Source of the DNA: a virus
DNA: 64,000 nt
Virus record (IMG/VR): IMGVR_UViG_3300028393_001967
Strand: one strand, 5' to 3'
Shown here: one piece after another, positions 54,679-64,000 of the stretch
How positions within the stretch are numbered: position 1 is the first letter of the stretch
Layout: each line of letters opens with the position of its first letter
Notes under the pieces: generated by a model
Told to the model about the DNA's origin: nothing
Seen by the model: the letters and a program-made list of their open reading frames with translations, nothing else
Database searches by the model: none
Position numbers and translations under genes: made by a program

Positions 54679-55336
54679 GATTAGAGCTGCCGAAGGTGGC
54701 GAAGATAGTAAACTGTTTGTACGAGATCTGGCACAAGCCTATATCAAGTTTGCACAAAGCCGGGGCTGAACTACCCGCCTGATAGGTGAGTACCAAGGCG
54801 AACTTCATTTAGAAGTACAGGGCACTGACCTATCCGGCTTAAAGAATGAACCTGGAGGACATCGCATACAGCGTGTTCCACCCACCGAAAGGAAAGGACG
54901 TGTTCATACCAGCACAGTGACCGTGGCCATCATAGATGACACTGATCGTCCAAGAGTTGTGGCTATACCAGAAACTGATTTAAAAATCGAGTGGTACAGC
55001 GGCACTGGTGCTGGAGGTCAGCACCGTAACAAGCACCAAAATTCCTGCCGAATAACTCATATTCCCACTGGAGAAGTGGCCACTGCACAGTGCCGTAGTC
55101 GTCAAAACAGTTTGGATCAAGCTAGGACAGATATACAGCAAAGAGTTGACAAACTGACTAAAACCAGTTATAATACACACATAGCAAGTGATAGGCGGCA
55201 ACAGGTTGGGTCGGGTATGCGTGGTGATAAAATTCGTACTTACCGTTTCCAAGATGATGTTGTCAAGGATCACTTAACAGATCGTACAGCCAGTGTTAAA
55301 AAGGTATTGGCTGGTAATTTTGATTTACTTTGGTAA
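54662..55336 (+). CDS. Class I peptide release factor homologue (RF1-type PxT, lacks domain 1) with in-frame TGA at codon 36
   Basis: MKKIIEIRAAEGGEDSKLF...SRG*TTR...EPGGHRIQRVPPTERKGRVHTSTVTVA...GAGGQHRNK...RSRQ...KIRTY all in one frame. Confidence 0.88.
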
Positions 55337-55348
55337 AAGGAGTTTAAA

Positions 55349-56368
55349 ATGACTCGTAAAATGGCAACTATCCGTAAGATTGATGCACTGCGTCCTATTG
55401 AAGGCGCTGATGCAATTGAATGCGCTATCGTAGGTGGATGGACCTGCGTGGTAAAGAAGGGTGAATACACTGCTGGTGATCTGGCTGTGTACTGCGAAAT
55501 TGATTCTTGGATTCCACATAACATTGCACCATTTCTATCAAAAGGAAACTTTCCACGTGTTTTCAATGAAGTCAAGGGTGAACGTCTGCGTACTGTAAAG
55601 TTGCGTGGTCAACTGTCACAGGGCCTTCTATTGGACCGATACACTGTTCTAGACAAGGTTGGTGAGATTTACGAAGGTATGGATGTTTCTGAACTGCTTG
55701 GCATCACCAAGTATGAAGCACCCATCCCCGCAGAACTTGCAGGTGAAGTCAAAGGTATGTTCCCTTCAGTGATTCCGAAGACTGACCAAGAGCGTATTCA
55801 AAACTTGTCAGCAGAGTTGGCGGAGTGGAAGACTGAAAATCTATCTTGGGAAATTACAGAGAAACTCGATGGGTCTTCAATGACTGTTTATGTTATTGAT
55901 GGTGAAGTTGGTGTTTGCTCACGCAACCTTGACCTCAAGCGTAATGTTGATAATTCATTGTGGCGTGCCGCTATCCGGCACGACTTAGAAGAAAAGTTGA
56001 AGATTGCAGGTGGTAACATTGCAGTCCAAGGTGAACTGATTGGAAACGGCATTCAAGGTAACAAGTACCAAATGCGTGATCAAGACTTTTATGTTTACGA
56101 CATTTATGACATTGATGCAGGTCGTTACTACACTCCTGCTGAACGAGTGGCGTTTGTAACTGAACACAAGTTGAATCACTGCCCTATTTTGATCTCTAAT
56201 GATCGTTTGGGCGGCGGCGAAACTATTGAAAATCTGTTGAAGTACGCTGAAGGTAATTCAGAATTGAATCCCAAGCAAGAGCGTGAAGGACTGGTGTTCA
56301 AGTGTAACGAAAAGTCTGTGAGCTTCAAGGCAATTTCTAACAAATTTTTATTAAAGAGTGGTGAATAA
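55349..56368 (+). CDS. RNA ligase, DRB0094/Rnl2-like family
   Basis: PIEGADAIE, KLRGQLSQGL, PKTDQERIQN, EKLDGSS, QGEL, EGLVFK and FKAISN. Confidence 0.9.
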   Translation: MTRKMATIRKIDALRPIEGADAIECAIVGGWTCVVKKGEYTAGDLAVYCEIDSWIPHNIAPFLSKGNFPRVFNEVKGERLRTVKLRGQLSQGLLLDRYTVLDKVGEIYEGMDVSELLGITKYEAPIPAELAGEVKGMFPSVIPKTDQERIQNLSAELAEWKTENLSWEITEKLDGSSMTVYVIDGEVGVCSRNLDLKRNVDNSLWRAAIRHDLEEKLKIAGGNIAVQGELIGNGIQGNKYQMRDQDFYVYDIYDIDAGRYYTPAERVAFVTEHKLNHCPILISNDRLGGGETIENLLKYAEGNSELNPKQEREGLVFKCNEKSVSFKAISNKFLLKSGE

Positions 56369-56913
56369 TGAATACTTGGGTAACAAGTGATTTACATTTT
56401 GGACATAAGAACATTATGTCCTTTTGTCCTGTATCGCGGGCAAGGTTTCGTAATGACGTAGACTATATGAACGAGCAAATGGTCAAGGAATGGAACGACC
56501 TGATTGCTCCTGAAGATACAGTGTACATATTGGGTGATGTGGCATTCTTGCCTGCTCAAAAGGCAGCAGAATTTATGAACCGCTGTAACGGCACTAAGAT
56601 CTTAGTTGAAGGTAATCACGACCGTAAGACACTGAACGATCCCACATTCCGCAAGTGTTTTAAGGAAGTACACCAATACCTGCGATTGGTCTATGATGGC
56701 ACTGTTGTATGTATGTTTCATTATCCAATTCAGGAATTTGATCAACAACATCGTGGCTCTGTTCACTTACACGGTCATCTTCATGGAGGTGTTAGTGGAA
56801 TCGAGCACTACAGAGTCCTTGATGTAGGTATGGATGCAACTGGTATGATTGCGATCTCGATGGATGATGCTGTTGCACAGGCCCTAAAAGGCCAAATCAA
56901 AGGGCATCACTAA
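56368..56913 (+). CDS. Calcineurin-like phosphoesterase
   Basis: SDLHFGH, LGD, GNHD, HYP and HGHLH. Confidence 0.88.
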   Translation: MNTWVTSDLHFGHKNIMSFCPVSRARFRNDVDYMNEQMVKEWNDLIAPEDTVYILGDVAFLPAQKAAEFMNRCNGTKILVEGNHDRKTLNDPTFRKCFKEVHQYLRLVYDGTVVCMFHYPIQEFDQQHRGSVHLHGHLHGGVSGIEHYRVLDVGMDATGMIAISMDDAVAQALKGQIKGHH

Positions 56914-56914
56914 T

Positions 56915-57151
56915 ATGATCACTGATATGATCGACCGTGAGATCAAGGTAGATGACTTTGTTGTATTTTACAGCAACATCTACCGTGTCAAAAGTTTGGG
57001 AAAAGAGTATCCCGCCAATTCCGGACGAGGTCGAATTAAGATAAAGATTTGGAATGGCGGTGCTACCAGTCGCCCAGTTGAAAAACATTCCAAAGATGTA
57101 GCTCTTTTGGACCAAAATCAAGTATTGGTTTGGATGCTAAAACAAGGTTGA
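56915..57151 (+). CDS. Hypothetical protein
   Basis: DMIDREIKVDDFV; similar to 51634. Confidence 0.6.
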   Translation: MITDMIDREIKVDDFVVFYSNIYRVKSLGKEYPANSGRGRIKIKIWNGGATSRPVEKHSKDVALLDQNQVLVWMLKQG

Positions 57152-57209
57152 CACTCCATTAAAACTCTGCTATAATACACTCATAGCAAGTAACTAATTG
57201 GAGTAGTAT

Positions 57210-57407
57210 ATGATGATTGTAGCAAAATTCAAAGATAAGATTGTACAAATTGTCAAGGTACAAGAATCAGTTATGTTCTCCGAGGACAAGGGCTGGATCT
57301 TTATCTGCTTTGACTTTGACAAGATCAACCGTCGTCGTGAACAATTTAAATGGGTCAAGGCCAGCAAAACTCGTTTTGAGTGGGTTCGCGAATTTGTAGG
57401 AGAATAA
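57210..57407 (+). CDS. Hypothetical early protein
   Basis: TTGACA-17-TATAAT at ~57148; GGAG RBS. Confidence 0.65.
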   Translation: MMIVAKFKDKIVQIVKVQESVMFSEDKGWIFICFDFDKINRRREQFKWVKASKTRFEWVREFVGE

Positions 57408-57408
57408 T

Positions 57409-57696
57409 ATGCGTGGAAAATACAGCCCAACCGTAAACCGTGCGTACATGAATGATCAGGAATGGTGGACAAAATATTCAGGATCAGACAAACCATCTGA
57501 AGAATATGTCCAGTATGATCCTGAAGGTTACGACAGTTACGGTTACAATAAAGACGATAAGGATCGTGCTGGTAACTATGAGCACGAGTATTACAAAAAC
57601 GACAGTGCTCATCCAGGATATGCAGATTACAATATCGCATACGATGACGCAGACAGTGAATGGGGTTTTGATGGCGTGAAGCCAGTAAGGATTTAA
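57409..57696 (+). CDS. Hypothetical protein with YDxxGY repeats
   Basis: YDPEGYDSYGYNKDDKDRAG; AGGAG RBS. Confidence 0.65.
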   Translation: MRGKYSPTVNRAYMNDQEWWTKYSGSDKPSEEYVQYDPEGYDSYGYNKDDKDRAGNYEHEYYKNDSAHPGYADYNIAYDDADSEWGFDGVKPVRI

Positions 57697-57697
57697 A

Positions 57698-58609
57698 ATG
57701 AACAAAGATGAATTGAAAGAGTTTGTATTGGCTAACCCACGGTTGGTCAGTATGAAGCCTGCTGGCGATGGTATCTATGTGCTAAAGTATTCCAAGCGAG
57801 TCTTCTACGATGACTTGTGGAATGACTTTCTTGAAGAATGTCGCGGCACAATTGTGGATGCTGACTTCAATGTAGTATCACGGCCATTTACAAAGATCTA
57901 TAATTTCCGCGTAGAAGCCAATGCTCCTGTGTTGACTGATGATACTCCTGTAACTGCTTATCGTAAGGTCAACGGATTTATGGTGGCAATGACTTGGCAT
58001 AACAACGATATCCTAGTGAGCACCACTGGTTCCACTGCTAACGACTATGTTGACTATGCTAAAGAAATGATGCTGAAGCACTCCTGCTGGGCTGACTGGC
58101 AAATGGCAGTGCTGGGTGCTCGAGGTCATACTTTGATGTTTGAATGTGTGCATCCAAGCGACCCACATATCATTGTAGAAAAGACTGGGATGTATTTCTT
58201 AGGCTGGCGTGAAAATGCCTGGAACTCTCGAGTTCACGGCTTTGGTTGTGATGAGGTGTGGCGGATATTTGCTGAAGATACGTTAAAGTGTTATGCAGTA
58301 GAATCTTATCACATGACTGTGGGTGAGTTGGTAGCAGAGTCTAAAAAGGTTCGCCACGAAGGATTTGTGGCCTATACTGTGAACGGTCAAGCGTTTAAGA
58401 TCAAGAGTCCATACTACTTGACCAGCAAGTGGGTTGCTCGTAATCCTCGCACTGACAAGTTAGTGAATATGGAAGCCGACATCAAGAAAAACCTCGATGA
58501 AGAATACTATCCACTAGTTGACGCGATACGTGCTAATATAGTAGAATATACTGCAATGGATGAACAAGCACGCCTAGCCTGGGTGCGTAACTATTTGGAG
58601 ATGGTATGA
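57698..58609 (+). CDS. T4 Rnl1-like RNA ligase
   Basis: ECRG, RPFTKIYN, KVNG motif I, FE, EGFV and KIKSPYY. Confidence 0.8.
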   Translation: MNKDELKEFVLANPRLVSMKPAGDGIYVLKYSKRVFYDDLWNDFLEECRGTIVDADFNVVSRPFTKIYNFRVEANAPVLTDDTPVTAYRKVNGFMVAMTWHNNDILVSTTGSTANDYVDYAKEMMLKHSCWADWQMAVLGARGHTLMFECVHPSDPHIIVEKTGMYFLGWRENAWNSRVHGFGCDEVWRIFAEDTLKCYAVESYHMTVGELVAESKKVRHEGFVAYTVNGQAFKIKSPYYLTSKWVARNPRTDKLVNMEADIKKNLDEEYYPLVDAIRANIVEYTAMDEQARLAWVRNYLEMV

Positions 58610-58920
58610 ACGAACGAATTAAAAAACTTGCTGAACAGGCAGGCGTAAGTATTTTACTAGGTGACTTGACGGATGAAGATACCGGCAAAGTAGAGCGATC
58701 TAGACTAGAAATATTCGCCGAGTTGTTGATTAGTGAATGCTGTGCGGCATTGTGGACTGAAGAATGCCGCACAAGTGATTTGGCATTTGAAGAAGTTAAA
58801 CGCAACGAGGCCAAGATTAAACAACATTTTGGAATTGATCCAGACAAGATTACAATAGAGATGTTGGACAGAACGATTGCTTGGTGTGAGCAACAACAAG
58901 CGGAGAAACGGGATGAGTGA
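58606..58920 (+). CDS. Hypothetical protein (MNERI family)
   Basis: Paralogue of 50605. Confidence 0.65.
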   Translation: MNERIKKLAEQAGVSILLGDLTDEDTGKVERSRLEIFAELLISECCAALWTEECRTSDLAFEEVKRNEAKIKQHFGIDPDKITIEMLDRTIAWCEQQQAEKRDE

Positions 58921-59103
58921 AGAACCGGAACTAATTGGCTATACAGAGCGTGAACAAGTATTTGAACCCTTGTATGCTCCACCACGAGGGTATATAGTTA
59001 CACAAGCATTTATACTTTGTAAGTATTGCCGTGGTGCTATCTATCCCTGTATGGGACCAAAGTATGATGCAGTGTGTTTCGCCTGTTATGATGAGAAAAC
59101 GAA

Positions 59104-59412
59104 ATGATTAAGTGTGAAAAATGTGGATACAGTGATAATGGCACTGGCGACTGGGCTCACGTGTGCGGTCCAGTAAAGATAAAGACACCCGAACTTCACG
59201 AAGAATTTGATCGTTTTGAGGAACTTATGGTTAAAGATGAAAGTCATTTGCCCGTAAGTGAACAAAGTCTAGTGTTTCGTTTGAGAAAACGGGCAGAAAT
59301 TCGTAGACAAATTCCTGGCAGAAAAAGCGTAGAAGAGGGAAAATCAGATCGTATTGCTGATTTATTGGAAGAAGCAGCAGATGAAATTGAGAGACTCCTA
59401 TTGAAAAGTTAG
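59104..59412 (+). CDS. Hypothetical protein
   Basis: CxxC...HVC; RLRKRAEIRRQI...ADLLEEAADEIERL. Confidence 0.65.
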   Translation: MIKCEKCGYSDNGTGDWAHVCGPVKIKTPELHEEFDRFEELMVKDESHLPVSEQSLVFRLRKRAEIRRQIPGRKSVEEGKSDRIADLLEEAADEIERLLLKS

Positions 59413-59479
59413 TCGCTCCATTTGACATCACAATCATTTATAGTTTATTATAATAAATACTAATGTTAAAGGGGAGACT

Positions 59480-60196
59480 ATGTTTGATTGGAGTAACCTA
59501 GAACGTGCTAAAATTATAGAAGGGCTATACAGTCTTGCACCACGCATTACTGATAAGACAATTTCGGCTTACGAATTCCACAAAACAGTTACCAACTATC
59601 TCAAAAGAACATATCCCGTTAAAACTTCTATAAGTTGGGATGAGAAAATTAAATCTCATATCACATTTGTGGGCGGCGCATATTATAGCGACTACGATGA
59701 AGAAGATAAGAAATGTATAGAAATAACATTTGTCTATCATCCCATTCACGATGATTTCAAAATAACCAAAAAACGATTTAAAGGTATTTGTGGCACCATT
59801 GCTGACACACTACTACACGAAATCATCCATATGAGACAATATCGTCGTCGTGGATTTAAATCTTTGCCCAATTATGCTAGTACAGCGGCATCTACTAAAC
59901 TGCGTGAAGAACAAGCCTATTTAGGTTGTACGGATGAGATTGATGCATATGGATTTAACATTGCTTGCGAACTTTTGGAAAAGTATAAAAGTGATCAAAG
60001 ACTTGTGATCAAACATTTAGATTTGGATTTGAGCAAATGCAGAAAAAATGGCGGCAGTTGGAAAATGTATTTGAAAGCATTTGGGCACGACCACAATCAC
60101 GAAATTATAAAAAGAGTAAAGAAAAAAGTAATACGCTATCTTCCCCGAGCAATAGAGGGAAAGCCTTTCAAGAGTCGCGACTGGATCTGTCATTGA
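59480..60196 (+). CDS. HExxH zincin-like protein
   Basis: LLHEIIHMRQ...YLGCTDEIDAY. Confidence 0.65.
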   Translation: MFDWSNLERAKIIEGLYSLAPRITDKTISAYEFHKTVTNYLKRTYPVKTSISWDEKIKSHITFVGGAYYSDYDEEDKKCIEITFVYHPIHDDFKITKKRFKGICGTIADTLLHEIIHMRQYRRRGFKSLPNYASTAASTKLREEQAYLGCTDEIDAYGFNIACELLEKYKSDQRLVIKHLDLDLSKCRKNGGSWKMYLKAFGHDHNHEIIKRVKKKVIRYLPRAIEGKPFKSRDWICH

Positions 60197-60227
60197 CCTT
60201 TAAATAACACTATGCTATAATAGTGTT

Positions 60228-60464
60228 ATGACATTTATATCTAAACGAAGCACTATTCGAAGCCTTAAACCAGGTGACAGGAATTTCCGTATCAGTGACG
60301 GATTAATTACTGCTCCCCGAGCAGGATTTGAAATAAGTCAGCGATGTCCAGAAAATTATCGAGATATATTACAAGAATGCATTGGGCATGGTTGGATAAA
60401 ACCAGTTGCATATATTACAGAACGTGAATTGCTGTTTATGGGATTGAGTAAAGATGATGTTTAA
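60228..60464 (+). CDS. Hypothetical early protein
   Basis: TTGACC-17-TATAAT directly upstream. Confidence 0.6.
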   Translation: MTFISKRSTIRSLKPGDRNFRISDGLITAPRAGFEISQRCPENYRDILQECIGHGWIKPVAYITERELLFMGLSKDDV

Positions 60465-60515
60465 TTGCTTGACAAAACCTAAATAATACTATATTATAAA
60501 CTATAGGAATAATAT

Positions 60516-61235
60516 ATGACCCAGCTCTATTATAGAAAAGAAGACGGAAGACCTCTTGCCCAGGTTATCCGAGAAAGAATGAAACGTGATAATAAACGTT
60601 TCTGGGCAGGTGATAACATTAGTGAATATGTTAGCGATGTTGAAAAAGATGAACTGATCAAAGAAGCGACAGTAGCATTTGAACAAGTATTAGATACATT
60701 GTTAATTGATCGAGAAAACGATCCTAACTCGCGTGGTACTGCGAAGCGTCTTGCTAAAATGTACTATAACGAAATAATGGCAGGACGATATGAATCAGGA
60801 CCAGATTGTACAGCATTTCCTAACGACAGCGAAGATCGCTATGAAGGTATGTTGGTGGTTAGGAGTGAGCTTCGTAGTATGTGCAGTCACCATCATCAGC
60901 CTGTTACTGGTGTGGCCTACATCGGAATACTCGCCGCCCAGAAACTCATTGGATTGTCCAAATACACAAGAATCGCCCAATGGTGTGCCCGAAGAGGCAC
61001 CCTCCAAGAAGAACTATGTAATGACATTGCTAAAGAAATCTCACAAGCAACTGACAGTGAAGACGTAGCAGTCTACATACAGGCTACTCATGGCTGCTGT
61101 GAGAATAGAGGAATTATGGCACATTCTAGTTTAACACAGACAACAGTGCTCAAAGGTGCATTTAAAAATGACCAAGGCACTAAAAAAGAGTTTTTTGATA
61201 ATATCAAACTACAACAAGAGTTTGCACCACGATAA
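60516..61235 (+). CDS. folE: GTP cyclohydrolase I
   Basis: SMCSHHHQP, IGLSK, RR..LQE, HGC..RG and TTVLKGAF. Confidence 0.92.
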   Translation: MTQLYYRKEDGRPLAQVIRERMKRDNKRFWAGDNISEYVSDVEKDELIKEATVAFEQVLDTLLIDRENDPNSRGTAKRLAKMYYNEIMAGRYESGPDCTAFPNDSEDRYEGMLVVRSELRSMCSHHHQPVTGVAYIGILAAQKLIGLSKYTRIAQWCARRGTLQEELCNDIAKEISQATDSEDVAVYIQATHGCCENRGIMAHSSLTQTTVLKGAFKNDQGTKKEFFDNIKLQQEFAPR

Positions 61236-61250
61236 CACAAGGAAATTAAA

Positions 61251-61445
61251 ATGGCAAAACAACTAGGTAAACTAACTAAGGTAAATGAATCATTTACTGT
61301 CAATCGTTACGACAATGGCTTTATGATTGAAGTCGGCGGCCGCGATAGTGAAAATGATTGGAAGAACTGTAAAGTCCTTTGCAGTACTGAGGAAGAACTA
61401 TTTGCAGTGATTAAAGAAGCACTTGCAATGGATTTGGACAATTAA
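61251..61445 (+). CDS. Hypothetical protein
   Basis: AAGGA RBS; 64 aa. Confidence 0.65.
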   Translation: MAKQLGKLTKVNESFTVNRYDNGFMIEVGGRDSENDWKNCKVLCSTEEELFAVIKEALAMDLDN

Positions 61446-61455
61446 AAGGTAAAAC

Positions 61456-62178
61456 ATGAAAAAAACAAAACTTAATATTCCCCAACGGCCGTCGATGGTT
61501 CCAAAAACCACCTCACCGTTGACGCCTATGACTGCAAAACAACCAGGAGGTAAACCGCCAAGTGTTATGATTGCAGTTCCAGCAATGGAAATGGTCAATG
61601 CTGAATTTGCGCAACATCTAGCAATGGCCGCAGCCAATATGGTTGCTAATGGTATTAAAATCAATTGTGCATTTAACATTGGCTCAGTTATTACCATTGC
61701 CCGTCGTAACTTAGTTGATATCTTTTTAAAGAGTGACTTTGACCATATTTTCTGGGTAGACAGTGATATGAAATTCCCCATTGATGCGCCTATGCGTTTG
61801 TTGGCTCGTAACAAGCCAATCGTTGGTGCTAACTATCGTCGTCGTCGTTTCCCCAATCCTAACTTTACAGGTATGATGGGATCAAGTGGTCAGTTCACAG
61901 AATTTCAAACAACTGACAACAGTCCTGCAATGGAACTGATTGATGTATTACCCCACGGACTAGTAATGTGCAAACGTGAAGTTTACGAAAAGATTCCTCA
62001 ACCGCATTATCTACAAGAATATGTGCCAGCACTTAATCTTGAAATTGGTGAGGACATATTCTTCTGCCAACAGGCACAAAAGGCAGGATATGAAATTTGG
62101 TGCGATCAAGAGCTGAGCAGAGAAGTAGCACACATTGGTATTTTCCACTTTAACTACAATTTATCAGTTCCAAAATAA
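61456..62178 (+). CDS. GT2-like glycosyltransferase
   Basis: ITIARRNLV, FWVDSDM, GEDIFFC and HIG. Confidence 0.7.
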   Translation: MKKTKLNIPQRPSMVPKTTSPLTPMTAKQPGGKPPSVMIAVPAMEMVNAEFAQHLAMAAANMVANGIKINCAFNIGSVITIARRNLVDIFLKSDFDHIFWVDSDMKFPIDAPMRLLARNKPIVGANYRRRRFPNPNFTGMMGSSGQFTEFQTTDNSPAMELIDVLPHGLVMCKREVYEKIPQPHYLQEYVPALNLEIGEDIFFCQQAQKAGYEIWCDQELSREVAHIGIFHFNYNLSVPK

Positions 62179-62371
62179 ACGAAAGGGACACATAATGTTG
62201 TTCGAAAGCATAGAGATTCGTAAAGTGAAGAATGGCGTAATCGTCACTCTTCGAACTGACGAGGACGAAGATCAAGAATATGTCTATGACCGAGATAGCA
62301 AAGCTATCAAATTTGTCAAAGACCTTCTTGAAAACAAAGGTAAGGTCTCTGTATCAGAGGCCGATTAAAAT

Positions 62372-62824
62372 ATGACAGTTAAAAAATCCTACAAAGTGGG
62401 CGATAACGTTTGGATATACGGTATCAATAGAAGCAATTTAAAACCTAGTAAAGGCCGCGTAATCAAAGTCGTGGATTTAACTGATGCTGGTTATACAGTT
62501 GGCAATCACTATGTTATCGAAATTCCCTCGCATATCGAACCTCTATTGGAAATTAGAACTTGGCATAATATTAGTCAAGATGAACTTGGTCCAGTTGGCT
62601 CTTTGAGAAATATTGGCAGCATTGAGTCCACTATCAAATTTGCTAGTACTGTGGGTTTTGTATTTGATGACGATCCCGTACTTGACACAGATGCGGAAGA
62701 CGATGGAATTAGTGACGATGACATTCACGCCGCTCTTGAAAAATCAAAACAAAGTACTGAACACACTCCGTTGGTAATGGATAAACCCAAGCGCAGACAT
62801 TATCCACGGAAGAAGAAACTTTGA
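62372..62824 (+). CDS. Hypothetical protein
   Basis: 150-aa ORF in operon context. Confidence 0.6.
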   Translation: MTVKKSYKVGDNVWIYGINRSNLKPSKGRVIKVVDLTDAGYTVGNHYVIEIPSHIEPLLEIRTWHNISQDELGPVGSLRNIGSIESTIKFASTVGFVFDDDPVLDTDAEDDGISDDDIHAALEKSKQSTEHTPLVMDKPKRRHYPRKKKL

Positions 62825-63104
62825 TTGCAGCCTTTGACGATTTAGATAAAGTAGTTCGAAGTTGGACATACAGGGAATCGGTGATTAAACCTACACTACA
62901 CCAACGTGCCACGGGTTATCGTTTACAATTTGTAGAAGAGTCCGATGATGATACCACTTGGACTACTACTAAACTTAATGACATAGTTGAGTGGGCTGCT
63001 GAAAAATTAAAGAGTTGGCCTGATGTTAATCGAATGAGTTTTGATATATGGGATTTTAAACATAGTAAAGATGCTGAAAAGTTTATAACATTGTTTCATT
63101 TGTC

Positions 63105-63401
63105 ATGGGATCAGTAAGGTATACAGTTGATGACAACCATAATGTGAAAGAAATTCATAAAGTTGTCGTCCATCGTTTTCGATTAAGTGATGTAGAAGAT
63201 CCAGATCTGTATGCTGCCGAACCTTTGCACAAATGGGAAAAGAGTGAACAGGGTCAGTTTGTCATGCAACACGCTATTGATAAACCCGAATGGCATAGGA
63301 ACGTGGATCATTTGACATACGGTTATCAGTATGCTATTGTAGCAGAATTAGAAAAGAAAAAGTTAAGTGAGTTTTATCTAAAATGGGGACAAGTTAAATG
63401 A
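63105..63401 (+). CDS. Hypothetical protein
   Basis: DVEDPDLYAAEPL...FYLKW. Confidence 0.6.
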   Translation: MGSVRYTVDDNHNVKEIHKVVVHRFRLSDVEDPDLYAAEPLHKWEKSEQGQFVMQHAIDKPEWHRNVDHLTYGYQYAIVAELEKKKLSEFYLKWGQVK

Positions 63402-64000
63402 AAGTTTTATTTCATAACAACCAACTTGATACTCGTGGCACCACAGTAGCAACTGTTGCATACGCTCGATATAATCAAGAAATATTAGGAAATGAAAGTA
63501 TTATTTGTTATGATGCTACACAACGTCCTGATGGATATTTAGGAACTGATCTCGGTGTTCGTGAGCGATTAGAATCAGAGTTCCAAATTATTGGACATCA
63601 GGGTGTTGAAGATTTGCAACGTATAATTGAAAAAGAAGCAGTTGATTTTTCTTATTTTTTAAGAAGTGGAAACATTGAGTTTTTGCCTAATAATTGTAAA
63701 ACTGGAGTACACTCTGTATTTCAAAATTACGAACCGCACGGAGACAAATATGCGTATGTATCCGAATGGTTGGCCAAAACCATGACACAACGGTCAGGCG
63801 TTGCATCACTGCCTTGGGTACCGCATATTGTAGACTTGCCAGAACCAAACGACAACTATCGTGAACAATTAGGTATTAGACCTGACCAATTTATTTTTGG
63901 AAGGCATGGCGGAAAAAATACTTTTGATTTACCATTTGTTAAAAAAGCCATTGCTGATCTAGTAAATGCTACTGATAAGTTTGTATTTTTATTTGTTGGA
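63398..64000 (+). CDS. GT-B glycosyltransferase-like protein, 3'-truncated
   Basis: MKVLFHNNQLDTRGTTVA...YNQEILGNES...GRHGG; open to the window end. Confidence 0.6.
   Translation, partial: MKVLFHNNQLDTRGTTVATVAYARYNQEILGNESIICYDATQRPDGYLGTDLGVRERLESEFQIIGHQGVEDLQRIIEKEAVDFSYFLRSGNIEFLPNNCKTGVHSVFQNYEPHGDKYAYVSEWLAKTMTQRSGVASLPWVPHIVDLPEPNDNYREQLGIRPDQFIFGRHGGKNTFDLPFVKKAIADLVNATDKFVFLFVG

Noticed and set aside
54917-55336. 139-aa stand-alone ArfB-like peptidyl-tRNA hydrolase starting at GTG 54917
   Set aside because: Release-factor homology continues in frame upstream to ATG 54662 across one TGA, and the GTG lies inside the conserved HTSTVTVA motif.
1-64000. Genome-wide stop-codon reassignment or suppressor tRNAs
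   Set aside because: TGA, TAG and TAA all terminate well-defined genes (e.g. 2540, 3536, 892), and no tRNA with a CUA, UUA or UCA anticodon in a 7-nt loop was found.

Overview
A 64-kb segment of a large (jumbo, T4-like) AT-rich phage genome. The host is probably a freshwater proteobacterium, most likely a betaproteobacterium; this is inferred from the rpoZ homologue, the two-piece tmRNA with tag ANDSVYALAA and rrn-type boxA sites. Early and middle genes have near-consensus sigma70 promoters (TTGACA-17-TATAAT), and late genes are preceded by T4-like TAAATA boxes. In order the window holds: heme oxygenase plus bilin reductase; a nuclease-like virion protein plus DNA methyltransferase; a curli-like csgF/csgG/curlin/FecR module; a plcP/rimK/agt-like lipid-remodelling set; a GH19 lysozyme; a CHASE2 adenylate cyclase; and a glycosyl/methyltransferase island. 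A ~15-kb stable-RNA region follows, with ~43 tRNAs covering all 20 amino acids, several non-canonical tRNAs, a family of conserved-stem hairpins and a ~900-nt GOLLD-like RNA. After it come a permuted tmRNA with an ORF in its spacer, rubrerythrin/rubredoxin, NAD salvage (NadM-Nudix, NadV), a UGA-interrupted release factor next to RNA-repair genes, and folE. The most striking candidate novelty is a ribosome-coupled attenuator heading the tRNA cluster, whose 47-codon leader samples all 20 amino acids and 37 different codons. A second, Lys-rich leader sits in front of the two tRNA-Lys genes. Together they suggest a phage sensor of host tRNA depletion. All calls are by eye from motifs and base-pairing; no searches were run.
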